Below are positions 38,486 to 52,387 of a stretch of DNA of 64,000 nt, in pieces (the first letter of the stretch is position 1; every line of letters begins with the position of its first letter). The stretch comes from Styela clava (taxonomy: Eukaryota). The notes beneath the pieces are model-generated. The model saw only the letters and a program-made list of their open reading frames with translations, did not search any database and was not told the origin of the DNA. The DNA lies in NCBI RefSeq assembly GCF_964204865.1, contig NC_135250.1:22320001-22384000 (forward strand), given 5' to 3'. The position numbers and the translations under genes are program-made.

Positions 38486-39912
38486 ATGGTGGATGCCAGT
38501 TCGTTCTCGTCACACGAAACCACAGTTAGTGAATCCGAGTTTTTCGTTGTTCAAGAGTATGACAATGCTGGTGGCTGCAAGAGAGGTTTTTATCAGATAT
38601 TAGATAGATATAACCGACATCACTATTCTGTTACGAGGGAGATTGATTCTGGCAAAACTCCAATCGTGATTCACCTCATAGATAACAAGAATAACGAAGT
38701 ATTGAGAATGGAACCGAGGCTTAGGTAATTGAAAAATAATATTTAGTAAATAAATTAGAAAATTTCAATGTGAATACTTTTACTAGGCATGACATATGCA
38801 AAACATGTCTTCAATCATTTTCACCTAATTCAAATTTTCACTTTTAATCCAGATTTACCGGTATTCCGGAGCACCATGTACTTTAGAAATCAAATCGATT
38901 TTTCTAGTCGATCCGAATTCTCGAATACTTATTAATTGGTGATATTATATTTGTTTATTATCACTGATCCATATAACAGTGTACATACAACATTAAACAA
39001 TGGAATATTACTGTTGGACATGAAATGGGCATACATATTATGGTGTTTCAAACTTGCGCACCTAGTGGTTCCACGTTCTCGTTCGTTACTGTCTAATGTC
39101 AGTCGAAGTTGGGACGCCTACGGTTCCGTGCCACAGATATATATATTTCCACTTCAGTGTTCCGTACCGGTAGATCAGATTCCCGTAATACTTCGTTTTG
39201 GCTTTCGGGACCAAATATTTGGGCATTGCACTCTTGTATTATATCGAATTGAACTTCAAAATGAGAAACGCCAAACCTCCATTTTTTTTTAATCATCAAG
39301 CTTGACAAAGTAATTCTTACCTAAATGAAAACTCACTCACTTGTAAGTTTGATATTTTTGTTGGCCTTCTTGTGATTGAAAATCCCCCTTTTTCCTATTT
39401 TTAATAAACTTTTTTGTCCTATTTAAACGAACTTTCTTATTTTTTTCCTATTTTAATGAACTTTATTTCTCCTTCTCGTGAACTTACGGTTAAATTATAT
39501 TTGCAATAGGCCGTGCCATGGATTTTGTTGTTGCTTGAAAGACTGCAGTCACAGTATGGAAGTTTCTGCTAACGGTGAGCTACTTGGAGTGATTCGTCAT
39601 GGGGTGAACTGCTTCCTGCCAAATCTATCTGTTGAAAAGTTCGGACAAACACTCTTTGTTATCAAGGAACCTGGTTGTCCGTGCTGTTGGACATGCAAGT
39701 GCGATGAATTAGTGTTCAACGTCTTTCTTTCGGATAATCCTCAACCTGTAGCATGTATTGTAAAACTGTTTGACACATGCATGTCAGAGATACCTATGTT
39801 TAAAGTGATGTTTCATAAACAAGATCTAGATTTAATTTCTAAATTTCTCATCTTTTCTGCTACATTTCTAATAACTATTTTGTTTTTTGAAACAGTTGAT
39901 ACGGGAATATAA
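38486..39912 (+). CDS. Scramblase-like copy 3, intact (exons 38486-38724, 39510-39912)
   Basis: Open frame across the same phase-2 intron; the start has moved one codon upstream (ATG GTG GAT). Confidence 0.78.
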
Positions 39913-40533
39913 CCTCGTTCATGATCATGCAGTATCACGTGCTGAAAGAGCAAAGGGTAAGGGTAGCAATGTATGCAAATTTGTATCGAGAGTTTTCTGA
40001 AAAGCTGGCTCAGTTGAATATATTGTACTTATGCGCAAGAGGTGTTTCTCTCGAATTTCACATTTTTGCATCAGTGGCGACGACTTTCTACAAAACCTCC
40101 TTATATTAACATAAGTTGAACAAAAGCAAAGAAAACAGACCAGAAATTTGGTGGTAGAACAATAATAAGATTTTAGCAAAATGTTACATTCATTAAAAAC
40201 GGTTTTCATTTCTTAGTTAAGATTCTAAAACTCAAGAGTCGTTATTTTGATTGATCCAATGAATTATAATTCCGTCAAAGAGTGAGATCGTAATCCCGAA
40301 TCAATAGTTGGGTATTTATATAGATGAAATTATCGAATTTATCGAAAAAAGTGGGTTTCACTGTGTTAAGGCATCGATGCATTATAAGGTTTTACCGTGT
40401 ACCGTGTTTACCGTGACATTTTTTTGATATTGAGATTTTTAAATATATTTATTGTTTCAATGCTAGATTAAGCGATTTAGTTGATATCAATTTCGGCAGT
40501 AATAGTTTAATATGCTTCATTAGGTATTCCAAT

Positions 40534-42843
40534 ATGGAAAAGTTCGTGATTGTGTTAGTATCCCTCACTTCAGTGGGAATGTTCGATTCTTGTGACAAAC
40601 CCAATGTTTTCGAGTTTTCTACTGCTCTCGTCTCTGACAAACAAAACTTTTGCAATACGGCAACATGTAAAGGAAGGCCAGGCAAGAGAGGTCCAGTTGG
40701 CGAGGAAACAAAGATGTAAAAGGTAACACTGGCGCAACAGGGACATCGGAAGCACTTGAAGCAAGAGTAAGACGATTAGAAGGTAAAAGTCGTATTTATC
40801 TTGAAGTACTTTTAAATTAAGAAATTTGTTATAACTTTATTTTTATGTAGCTGTGTTTAGTAAAAGAATTTACCAAATTTTTATTATTTATTGAAATAAT
40901 ACCAAACTGCATTTGTTAGACACCTATTAAAATTGTATTATCTGAATTGCCATGTGTAGAAGTGAGATACAAAACAAAATTAAACCGGTTTATTCACAAA
41001 AAACAGAACAACCCATTTTTTTCATATTTTTTCTGATTGTTGTAAATAAACGTTATTAAAAATAATTAACTCGAATGAGTCTTTTTTATTGCACCTGTAT
41101 GCTCTGTTTTACAGATACAATTATCATGATGAAGAAAGTATTCACACCGAATCAGAAACGTAAGAATTTATATATTTATTCTAGCTAATTTAAGGGTACT
41201 TATACTATATTATTAAAAACGACTATACTAAGTCGTGAGCAAAATATGATAGACAAAGATGGCTGCCGGCATTTACAAATTGGTTTAATGATAGGCATAA
41301 AAATTGATGTCAATATTTTGAATAGAATATCTTCTATAAATATGTTTTTGCGATGACCACTTACTTACAAGTTCCAAAAACAACTCTAATGAAAAAATCT
41401 GAATTTTCTTTAAAATTTCTAAAAAAGCAAATTCATCAAAGAATTTTTTTCAAAATCAAAATTTTCGAGATGCAAAATTTGTTAAATGCAAAAATGTTTA
41501 AAAATGAGCAAAATGTGATAGACAAAGATGGCTGCCGGCATTTACAAATTGGTTTAATGATAGGCATAAAAATTGATGTCAATATTTTGAATAGAATATC
41601 TTCTATAAATATGTTTTTGCGATGACCACTTACTTACGAGTTCCAAAAACAACTCTAATGAAAAAATCTGAATTTTCTTTAAAATTTCTAAAAAAGCAAA
41701 TTCATCAAAGCATTTTTTTCAAAATCAAAATTTTCGAGATGCAAAATTTGTTAAATGCAAAAATGTTTAAAAATGAGCAAAATGTGATAGACAAAGATGG
41801 CTGCCGGCATTTACAAATTGGTTTAATGATAGGCATAAAAATTGATGTCAATATTTTGAATAGAATATCTTCTATAAATATGTTTTTGCGATGACCACAT
41901 ACTTACAAGTTCCAAAAACAACTCTAATGAAAAAATCTGAATTTTCTTTAAAATTTCTAAAAAAGCAAATTCATCGAAGCATTTTTTTCAAAATCAAAAT
42001 TTTCGAGATGCAAAATTTGTTAAATGCAAAAATGTTTAAAAATGAAAACTGAAATTAATCACATCAAATTACTGACAATCGTAGTATTAATAAAAATTCC
42101 TAAATGGTCTGATGATCGCGTAATATATCAAATATTTCTCAAAGTCGAATTTTGCGCAATGGGCATGAAGTCAAGAGACATTGCGGATGCAGATATTTCA
42201 ACCTCTTCCGATTGGGAAAGTTTTCATCATGGACAATATGGAAGATTAGATGAACAGCCTGCATCAAACCCAACTTCTTATGGAGCATGGATTTCACGAA
42301 AACGTGAGTTTTAAATTTTTCAATCAAGTGAGTAAAATGCGATTATTATCCTGTCTTGATATCGCGATGATATGCAGTCAATGGGTATTGATGCAGTGTT
42401 TTTATGATGGAAGAGATCAATGCTTAAATATATGGGACACAAAAACCAAAATGAAGTAGCCTAGTACATAATAACAAAACGATATATAATACTTGAAATG
42501 TAAAAGGAAATCTCGCATCAATTTATACTAATTGTCGAATCATGTTTTTGTTTTTCGAACGCTGGGTTGAAAGTTATGATCAATGGGTGTCTTCGTATAA
42601 AATCAAGTGTGGAAATTCTACAGACAGTCCAAACCATCATGGAAAATAATCAAGAGAAGGTAGGCACATTTTGTTTTAGGTTTAAACATCTAATTCTGTA
42701 TTTAACGTTATATTTAATATACTTTACCAGGTATTTCCGGGAAATAATGACCGAAATACTAAAGTCACAAATATATTTCCCAATCCAGTGCTTTGCCGCT
42801 ACGTGCGACTCTATCCACAGCGTTGGCATGTGCATTTGAGCAG
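40534..42843 (+). pseudogene. Collagen-discoidin pseudogene copy 3
   Basis: MEKFVIVLVSLTSVG...FCNTATCKGRPGKRGPVG is in frame, followed by a 4-nt deletion. Discoidin exons lie at 42145-42303, to 42659 and from 42731. Confidence 0.78.
41236..42043. repeat. 269-bp tandem triplication in intron 1 of the collagen-discoidin relic, unit 3 only
   Basis: TGAGCAAAAT(A/G)TGATAGACAAAGATGGCTGCC starts at 41236, 41505 and 41774. Confidence 0.92.
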
Positions 42844-43075
42844 TAAATTTTCGTTGTTAGAATTTTGTTATTCCAATACTCTATGGCCAACTTTTGATCT
42901 TATATTGACTTGTTGTGATGTCATGGGTACTGCTAGATAACCACTAGACTGATATGTCATAAACCCTTGTACCGTAAAGAGAAAAACTTAAGTTTAACAC
43001 AGCACAACACGAGACAATCGCAGCGGAATCGAGAGAAATAGAGAACCATGCGGACAGGAAGAAGCCCAAGGCAAT

Positions 43076-45543
43076 AGACCTTATTCATTGAAAACCCATC
43101 CTACGCGCAAAAAGAAAGGTGATGTAAAAAAAACAATTTTAACATTAGCTCTTATGGGGAATGTGATCACCAGAGCAGAAATTTGCATTTTTTGTAATTT
43201 TCTAGGTATCTTTCATTGTGTACGTGAGCAGTTTTGAAGATAGAATATTTTTTACATCTTTTTTGATATTTTTATCATGATAAACATGGTCAAGATTTTT
43301 GATAATCGTTCATTGAAATTTTAATGAGCGCGGTGTTTCCGATGACGTCATTCTCACCAGACCACGAGATTCTGCCAACGCGTCGTGCTCTGTGGGATAT
43401 GCGTTCCAACTGCTTGTGATAACAGAATACTGAATACCGGTACCGGGACCACAACTGGCGTTCAACGAAAGACCTATTTTGGTTTTCATTGGATGTTATA
43501 TATTTCATGAATTCCATGTAACTATGTACATTTCTGGTACACCTTTCAAAATCCAATGGCCTAACTCAGTTCATATGTTGACACCATGTACCTATCCTAA
43601 AATTGGTGATGTTCAGGGCTGGATTTTAGACCATGAGAAACCCCTTCATATTTTGGATCTCGGAATTTTTCTCTAAACAACACCACATTTAATTTCTTAA
43701 AATTTAAAAATATGAGTGCATTAAACTTTTCATTCTCCCCATTCATGGGTGTGAATTTTTAATTAAAAGAATAAAAATTTACTTGAGGCAGTTTGCTTTC
43801 AATTTCTTTGATCAAACAACCGCTACAGTCATACTTTAACCAATGACAATGTCATTGCTTTAACATAGAAACTTCCAGCAGAATGCGCATAATAATAATT
43901 TCCCTTATTATGATGCAAACGACGCAATAATGGCTGTTTACAATGTGGTTGAAACCAGTTGTGTACAGAATTTTCTATTCTGAAATGCTTGATATATATA
44001 TATACTAAGTATTCAAAAGAATTAAAAACTTCGAAACCGAATTTCGAGGCTCTAGGTTTCAGCCTGCCTGGCCTATTGGTAAATCCAGCCATGGTGATGG
44101 TCCCTACAGCAAATTTCTGGCCCTAATCACTCAGCAGATTGAAATAAATGGTTTTCAGCATTTATTAGCAAAGATAGATATTTTAATTAAACATATATTT
44201 CAACTTAAAGCCTGTATAATGATATTATAAATATATGTCCCATTATTACTGCAATGTGAGAAGGCTTTCCACACTATCAAGTCTATGAGGTTTTAGCGTC
44301 TTCCAATGTCTCAGATGGAAACTTCAGTCTTCATTTCGCATATTCTTTTCATTAATGCCGTTAGCATTTGAAGCTTGACTGATTCCAATGTACCTTTTCC
44401 ATTGTTGTTTAATGTAATATCCTAAACGCGACTTTAAATTTTTTTCTCACTTCAATCATCACATGTTTGAATACGCGAGCTGTCTTCTACTGATTTGTTA
44501 TTAATTTACAATTTTTTTATTATAAATTAACTGTCGTACTTGCTAAGTGTCCACTATGTGAAAATCTACAAAAAAAAGCAGTGGTTTAATAATGGACTAC
44601 ATTTTTAACCGAATCCAAAAATGTTCCGTAACTTAGTCAACCCTTCCTCCAAGGAGTTTTTGTTAAATTGTTCAAACATCTTAAGTAACTGTTAATCTTG
44701 ATAGCGAACATGGGGGGCAGGGGGAGCTGACTGTGATGGTCGTATCGCTCCCCAGTCTATACCGAATAACTGTGTGTTTTGTATACAATTTTTATTGATA
44801 CAATGCTTGTATTCTGGTTGACAAAATAAATCTCTCACTCGTATTCAGTCATGTTTTTTAACCTAGTTAGGAGACCGGTATTGTACCATAATAGGTTGGA
44901 GATATTCATCTTTTTTGTATACCGGTACCGTACAACTTATCCTGCCTATTGGCAGGATGGCCAACATTTTTGTTCGTAGGCCTATTTCAGTATTTACTAA
45001 ATAATTTAGTTTTCACCTCTTGCAGCCTTGGTACGGTACCAGTAGTTTAAATAACACGTCAGCATGCCTTCAGTAAATGATTGCTAGCTGTACAGGTATA
45101 AATGCGTAAAACCAGTAAAAAACGTGATAGAAATGGTATGGGTTATAGATTGTCAATGTTAAACGCTTCCAGTACCGGTACCGTACCCAAAGCGACATTA
45201 GCGCTGCATTTGGAGCGCATATCCCACAGAGTACGGCGCGTTGGCAGAATCTCATGGTCTAGTGAGAATGACGTCATCGGAAACACCGCGCTCATTAAAA
45301 TTTCAATGAACGATTATCAAAAATCTTGACCATGTTTATCATGATAAAAATATCAAAAAAGATGTAAAAAATATTCTATCTTCAAAACTGCTCACGTACA
45401 CAATGAAAGATACCTAGAAAATTACAAAAAATGCAAATTTCTGCTCTGGTGATCACATTCCCCATAAGAGCTAATGTTAAAAAAAAAATTTTTACATCAC
45501 TTTTCTTTTTGCGCGTAGAATGGGTTTTTAATGAATAAGGTCT
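43076..45543. mobile_element. 2.47-kb non-autonomous DNA transposon with TIRs of about 335 bp and a 2-bp AT target duplication (ISL2EU/PHIS-like)
   Basis: Ends AGACCTTATTCATT... and ...AATGAATAAGGTCT; inverted arms at about 43076-43412 and 45206-45543. The empty site GCA-AT-TATGAG is in units 1 and 2; the filled site reads GCA-AT-[element]-AT-TATGAG. Confidence 0.85.
43614..44093. mobile_element. Nested 480-bp hAT-type MITE
   Basis: Ends CAGGGCTGGATTT / AAATCCAGCCATG, with 8-bp flanks GTGATGTT / GTGATGGT (7 of 8 match). Confidence 0.65.
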
Positions 45544-46066
45544 ATTATGAGAAAACAATTATGACGTCATAACCTCAAATCTAGTTACGGTTGACAACCG
45601 ACGAATCGATGAGAATCAATGAAAATGTTTCATGAAACGCTAATTCTCCTAATAATTCTTATTAGAAATAAGATGGCACGCAAAGACGCTTGATTATAGA
45701 CGCTTGCCATGAATGTTAAACATTTACACCAAGGGTCGACAATTACTTCTCAATCGCGAATCGGAAAGGGATTTCAAACTTTCGTGGCCCAAACCTTCCG
45801 TTGGTTACTGGATGCAACAAAATTTACTGGTTTATGCTTCTTTAAACTTCATAGAATAAACTATGATATAATTTATCATACAACCGATCTATTTGAATAA
45901 AACAACTTTACTTAACCGATCAATATTGCTTCCATCTCTTCAAACGGCTTTTTACAACTATTGACATTTGGTGCGTTTTGTTATACTGCACTGAGCAACA
46001 GAACCAATTGTCGTATGCATCATATTATTTATTTATTATACGTTTCCATCCATGGAAAAATGCATT

Positions 46067-49000
46067 TCATTCATTTATGTTCCAATCTTGTTTTATCATT
46101 TCTGATGCCTTCCGTCCAATCATGTAACAAGGAGCTTGTGTGTTAGATGACGTCACATGGGGCATGACTGATGCATCGGCGACTCTTAGGCCCTCAATAT
46201 GCCGGACCCTTCAAAACGAAATAAAGAGGTAAATAATGCGGACCGCTGCAATAAAAATACTAACCCATGTAGTAAATAAGGATTCTGTGTTTATTAGAAA
46301 ATTGTCATAAAATTGTATAGAGACATATACAAGTTCAGTTATGATAACTTTGCCATAGTTTGATTGTAAATAACCAATATATATCGAAAAGAAATGATTG
46401 ACCTACCTAAGTCTTTCGTCAACAACTGCCATTTCATCGTCTTCTTGTCCTATTTTAGCAGTACAGCATGCGTGTGCTGCATACCCAAAATTTTTCACGT
46501 AACATCGATAAAAATCATCGGGCCTTAAAAATAAAATTCCGGTTAGGTTAGTGGTTTAGTGTAATTAGATTTATTAATTGTTTGAAACATGGCACATGGA
46601 TATCTAATTGTTAAGTCCAGTTTTTCATTCAGTCAGTAGGTATTTGATAAAGAAAGCATGATGAACTTGGATTCAATATTTACTTGCAGTTTGCTGTCAC
46701 GCTAATGTTTATATTGTTCATCCATCCAATGCAAACCAAGACGGTTTTTGCTTTTTACTGAATCGTCTCCTATAAAATTTTGCCATGCTTTATTTGCTGT
46801 TGCATAGATGTAAGTGGATGGATACTTTACAAAACCCTAAAAATCTTCAACAACAGCAGGCGCAGATATTACCTGGGAGGGTTAGTGTAGAGCGATCCAT
46901 TGCATACTTCAGGTGTTATCAGCCTAAATCCAATTTCTTTCATGACTTTTGTCATTTCGAACTCTTCAAGCTTTCTAAATCCTAGAAAATGAGTTGATAA
47001 AAATTGCTTTTATACCTTACCTTTGCAAAATTTTAGATGCTTATTTTAATAGTGGTTTCGCGGGCCGGGTTTATCTGTTTCAAGCCATAATTCTAATTCA
47101 AAACGTCCAACAACCTGTCATTCAAAAGTACCGATAGAAAAGTTGGCGCTCCCGAAGTATGTACACCATGATGGCGCACAACCTGAATCCTAACCTGCTA
47201 CAACTACTATGTTCAGGTTGTGCGCCATCTTGGTGCACATACTTCTGGACGTCGAAAATGTTTAGCCTATTTTATCATAGTTCTAGATTAATTTCTGATT
47301 ACTGCACTTAAACTATAAACTCCTACGAAGACGAAATGATCATTGAGTTATTAATTCATTCTTAAATTTACGAAACAAAACTAAAAAATAACCAATGGCA
47401 TGCAAAAACCAGAATATAATATAATGTCCACAACCATGCCTGAAAAAAATCTGAATGAGTGACGATAGTGTCTGGGCGGCTGCTAAAACATCTATTGTTA
47501 TGTCACTTTTTGCATCTTTTTGATTAGCCACTGTTACAGAAGTCAATGATCAGGAGGAAACATTCATTGGTTCTGGACTGCGTACATGAGAATATCGATG
47601 TCGCTTGGAACGGTTAGTTGCACACGAAATACACAAATTGATTGTTTCGTTATTATGTTGTTGTTCTTGTTGGACACGAAATGTACATATGAATCGTTTT
47701 TGTTATTATTATGTTGTTTTTCTTGTTAGTATTTTTATTCTCTTTGTCGTAGTAAAGACATCGATTTCCTCATTACCTACCAAACTACGTGCTTTGAAAT
47801 TTTCAGTGGTGAAAATTCGTATTTTTCGCTAAGAGGCTATTAGTTTTATTATTTCAAATATCTCTTTGAGCTCTATGTGATTCGTTTTTCAACTCAAAGT
47901 TTTATGTGGTGACCTCTTCAAAATTGATGAAATTATTTGTAGCGGTTATGAGACCTCTCTCGTGCTACTCCTAGCAGAAGTCGGAAGTTTTTTGACCGTA
48001 ACTGGGTAAAGTATTGTTATGGAGTAACGCACAATACTGCAGACTTTGGTTTTCGTGGCCATATATTTGAGCATCGTTCTCTTTGTCTCAGCAAGTAGGG
48101 GAACGATATTTCACGCCATTGCCACCGGGCAGTACGAACAGTATAAATATTATTCTCGAAGAATAGTTTTATTATTTCAAATAGATAGATATATGAATGT
48201 ATTGGTTCTCGAATTAAATTTACCTTCTATGTGCATCTTTATATCATCTTCTTCCGACAGATAATTTGGATCAATGATAGGTAGGTCAGTCGGATTCGTC
48301 GACTCTAACCGAATTTCACCTTTTGATTTAGGATGCTGAACTGATAGTATCGAATAGGTATAAAACGCATGCTAAAAATAAAAGCAGTTTCAGTATTATT
48401 TAAAATATTATAGTTGAAAAGTGGAACTTCATACTCCGTGGAAGCACATATTCACGACGGGCGTTAGAATATTTATCCGAAAGAAAGTTCTGTACATTTT
48501 CCTGAAATGTCAGATTCCTGTCTTTTCTTCATATTTATAACAACACAACTAGATATAAGTCTTTCATTGTACAAAATTGTCGTAGTCTAGTTCTTTCAGA
48601 TGTTGTCAAGATCTCTCGTTTTCTTGAATCGAATACAGCATATGATGATCAATCATGGATCATAAAAATTAAAAACGAGTTTTCAACATCTGCATCTAAT
48701 AACGCCAACATTATAAATTTATAAACTTGATATTGAACTATATAAAATATTGTATTTGGCTATGTTAATTCTTTTTAATAACGACAAAAAGAGCAGTTTC
48801 AATCATCGAAAATCTGAAAACTCTTACATATATATCAATACTAAATTTCTTACGTTTTCTTCTGACTTGAAAACCAAAGGTAATTTTCCTGAGGCAAAAA
48901 ATGCTTGGATACTAGGGAATGGCCGTTTTCTAAAAAAAAAGTTATGTTATTTTACATATCACAAGTTTTTATTTGTTTAATTTTGGCATATTGGCCCAAA

Positions 49001-52000
49001 CGAAACTTAACTAAAACGCATACAAGTTTAAGTCTCTGCACACAATAAACACATAACAGTAATTTTTGCAAGTTATCGTATCCATCATAGTTTATACATT
49101 GTGAATTGTTGAGTTCTTTAATTAATTTGGGTTTTTTGAGATAAAACTTAGTAATGTACTAGGAAATGGTTTCAAAACCTTGTATCTTGAATGCAAAATT
49201 ATTCTGAGTGTTCTTATTAAAAAGTTATTCATGATCCAAATTATTATGGACCTATTGACTAGTTTAAATTTTATAAAAAATATATAGAAATTGTAGCAAT
49301 ATTTGAATACATTTACAAAGCACATAGTTTCTAAGAAATTCTTTTCAAGTTGCTTTGTAAAATATTTACTGATATTTGCTTACTTGCTGCTTAGAGTTAC
49401 GTTAGTTCCAAAATATTTAGTCTTATGATGAAGAACGATACTGCCACCCGTGACTGCTGAGTTGTGTCCGGTACCGTTTATGATGTATTCCGTGATAGAT
49501 TCCGGTGTCTAAACATTAGTCCCAATTCAATTTGTGATATGTGACATTGCTCCTCTCACACAAATATCTAAACTGTAGTTATCATTTCCACAATATCTGC
49601 GAAATACTGCTTAACTTACCATATCTGATGTAATCCGGCTGTCGTTTGTGGCGTGATAGACGAAGTGCCCAAAATGATCTTGAAAATTAGCTCCCACGCC
49701 TGGCAAATCCCTCACAACGTCTATCTGGAAGTTGAAAACACTGCAGTCTGACATTGAAATGTGTGGCATGGTTTACGATTTTACGGTATGTTTTACCAAA
49801 GTCTTGTGTTTACTTTTTGAAGAAATAGTCAAATATTCGTAGTGAAATATTTGTAGATATTTTAGAGCTTAAGAATCTTTCGATATATAAGCTATTGACA
49901 CAACACGAATCTCGCACATGATTCTATTACTCAGCTATAAAATGTCAAGGTATCAGCCCTATTCTAAAAAAAACAACGGCATTAAGCTTAGAAAAATAAG
50001 TCAATAAAAACAATTTATTCAAGCACAAGCTGTCTCGGAGCGACCAAAATCTTTTGTTTCCATGTAACCACTGGGCAAGACTAAGCTTTTGTTCCATGTA
50101 TATATAAAAGTGGTCCGCTTATTTGCTTGAACAATCTTTCATGAATATTGAAAAATATAGATGTTATATAATACATTTTAATTCTTTTCCCGCAAATGTT
50201 ATGAAAGTAAGAGTCTACCTCCATCTCTTGAAGATGATTTTTCGGACCGATCCCCGACAACATCAATATTTGTGGAGTTCTCAGTGCACCAGCTGATAAA
50301 ATGATTTCCTTTCTGGCTTTAACGTTGCATATTTTCCCATCTTTGATGAAACTTACGCCTGTCGCTTTTTGTTTACCGCTTGTCCCAGTAACAAAGTGAA
50401 TCTTACTCACAAGTGCCTTTGTTACAATGTGCAAACTTTTTTGTCTATAAGCAATATATTTGGATTTTATACTCTGTGACAATAATTTGCAAAATAAGCA
50501 CAAAATAAGATTCAAGTTTTTAGTCCAAAGCAATTTGCATTCAAATAATTTTACTCTGAAATACAAAACCAGTGTTCTCTTTCAAGAATTAAAATGATTA
50601 GATACCTAAAAAATTCAGGTTTGTATCATGTATGTATCAGTGAAATTGTGCGAGTTTTTCACGATCTTACAATTAAGCTGCATTCTGAAAACTTGAAAAT
50701 TGTGTTCACTCGTTACGAAATTTCGAATTGCGTTGGGTAAAATAAACTACTCCAGTGAAATAAAATCGTGGATACGTAAGTTTTTTGAACGTAACTCAAT
50801 GTGTCGTAACTCGATGTATATTTTTTATAGGTTCTACACGTTTTACCGTTTTTTATATCCCGATCGCAAAAACGCGTCTGAGGACGATTGTCTTAGTCCC
50901 TTGTATCTGGTGCAAATAAGTGGAGATATTCCTTCAATTTCATCAATATAGTCAACTTCCTTTATACCTTTGTATATAAAAAACATAAATACATTTCCGA
51001 ACTTTCCAACATCAAACTAGCTAACTTTATACATATTATTTGAAGATGAAATCTTAATTAGATACAGCTGCTCATCTGTCTGTTTAATTTTTTTAATACG
51101 TCCTCACCGATTTCTCCTGCCGCCGTCTTCAATTTTGCAGTAAAAAGATTTTCGTATGAAATGCTAATATTTAGTAAACCTCCTCTTCCGACTTTTTCTG
51201 ATATTTTGTCATCGACAGCGTTTTCATTTTTTCTAAAAAATGGTTCGACATCTTTCCAACTCCATCCCTTTGCTCCATGATCTTCCCAAGAATCATAATC
51301 ATGTGGACTTCCTCTCAAGTAAACCATTGCGTTTATTGATGTTGATCCACCAAGAATTTTTCCTCCAGGATATTTCGCGTTCTAACAAAAGGCAAAAGGC
51401 ACATCATATTTTTCAATTAGACTACTCAGTAATAGATGCTTGTACAAAGCCTTGTTAGGACTGATTAAAATTTTGTACAAAAAATATCTATCTTGAGTAC
51501 CTTTCCCATTTCCAGCAATGAATATTTTTGTTTTGCCATGTCGTAGTTCCAATTATAAGAAGATTGTTGCAACTTGCCATATTTGATCGCACTAGGAACT
51601 AAAGGATTGTTATAATCTGATTCACCCGCTTCCAATAACAACACCCTGAACACAATAAAGACCATTGATGAACAGAAAGTTATCTAGAACAACAGTCATG
51701 GATTCCGTTTTACTCCGTATTTATATTAGATTCTGTAATAGAGCAGGCTGGAATAAAATATTATGCTACATTTAGTATATACATTGTAATCATATGTATG
51801 GTACAGGGACACATTGTTTCTTGAAATATTTTTTCCACATTAATGAAACCAATTAAAGTTTCTTTCAATTCCCAATCATAGAGCAACAATGCAATGCTCA
51901 TAACATATGCTCACGTCATCCCAGTTATGTCTGAGAGTCCTCTTGCAACCACAGCTCCAGATGCACCTGCCCCAACTACAAAAAAAGAGAAGAAAATCTA

Positions 52001-52387
52001 GTGATTTCAAAGGGGGACTGAGGTATGCATATAGTACTGTGTCTCTTTAAAATTTTGTGCAACTGACAGGGAGTTATTGAAACGAGAAAGTATACATTTT
52101 TGAAAAGAGTTATAGCAACAAGTTTGTTTTAAACAGATTCGTATTTTCAACACATTTGTTAGATACAAAATCTCAGAAATCGTTTACACGAATAGTTGAG
52201 TGATGATAATAATACAAATCCTCAAGTCCCACCATATATTACTTTCGTACAACCGCTCAGATAAAACCAATGATCACTCACCAACAATAAAATCGTATTC
52301 TTCCAATACATCGTTCGTTATCATCGGGTCGTACGACTTCCGTGCTAGTAGAGTCAATAGCAGAGCGACTAGTGTTGACTTGACCAT
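46067..52387 (-). CDS. GMC oxidoreductase copy 4, apparently intact, 584 aa
   Basis: Exons 52282-52387, 51915-51975, 51501-51645, 51108-51381, 50847-50967, 50219-50444, 49620-49724, 49384-49508, 48854-48929, 48224-48371, 46873-46981, 46407-46523, 46067-46208; exon lengths are identical to copy 3. Confidence 0.88.
47145..47253. mobile_element. Hairpin MITE of about 109 bp in GMC copy 4 intron 10
   Basis: Arms GAAGTATGTACACCATGATGGCGCACAACCTGAA / TTCAGGTTGTGCGCCATCTTGGTGCACATACTTC, with flanks GAAAAGTT / GAAAATGTT; the empty site is in unit 3 near 31695. Confidence 0.75.

Noticed and set aside
41236-42043. CRISPR-like or coding repeat array
   Set aside because: The units are 269-bp near-identical copies with no unique spacers, in eukaryotic intronic DNA.
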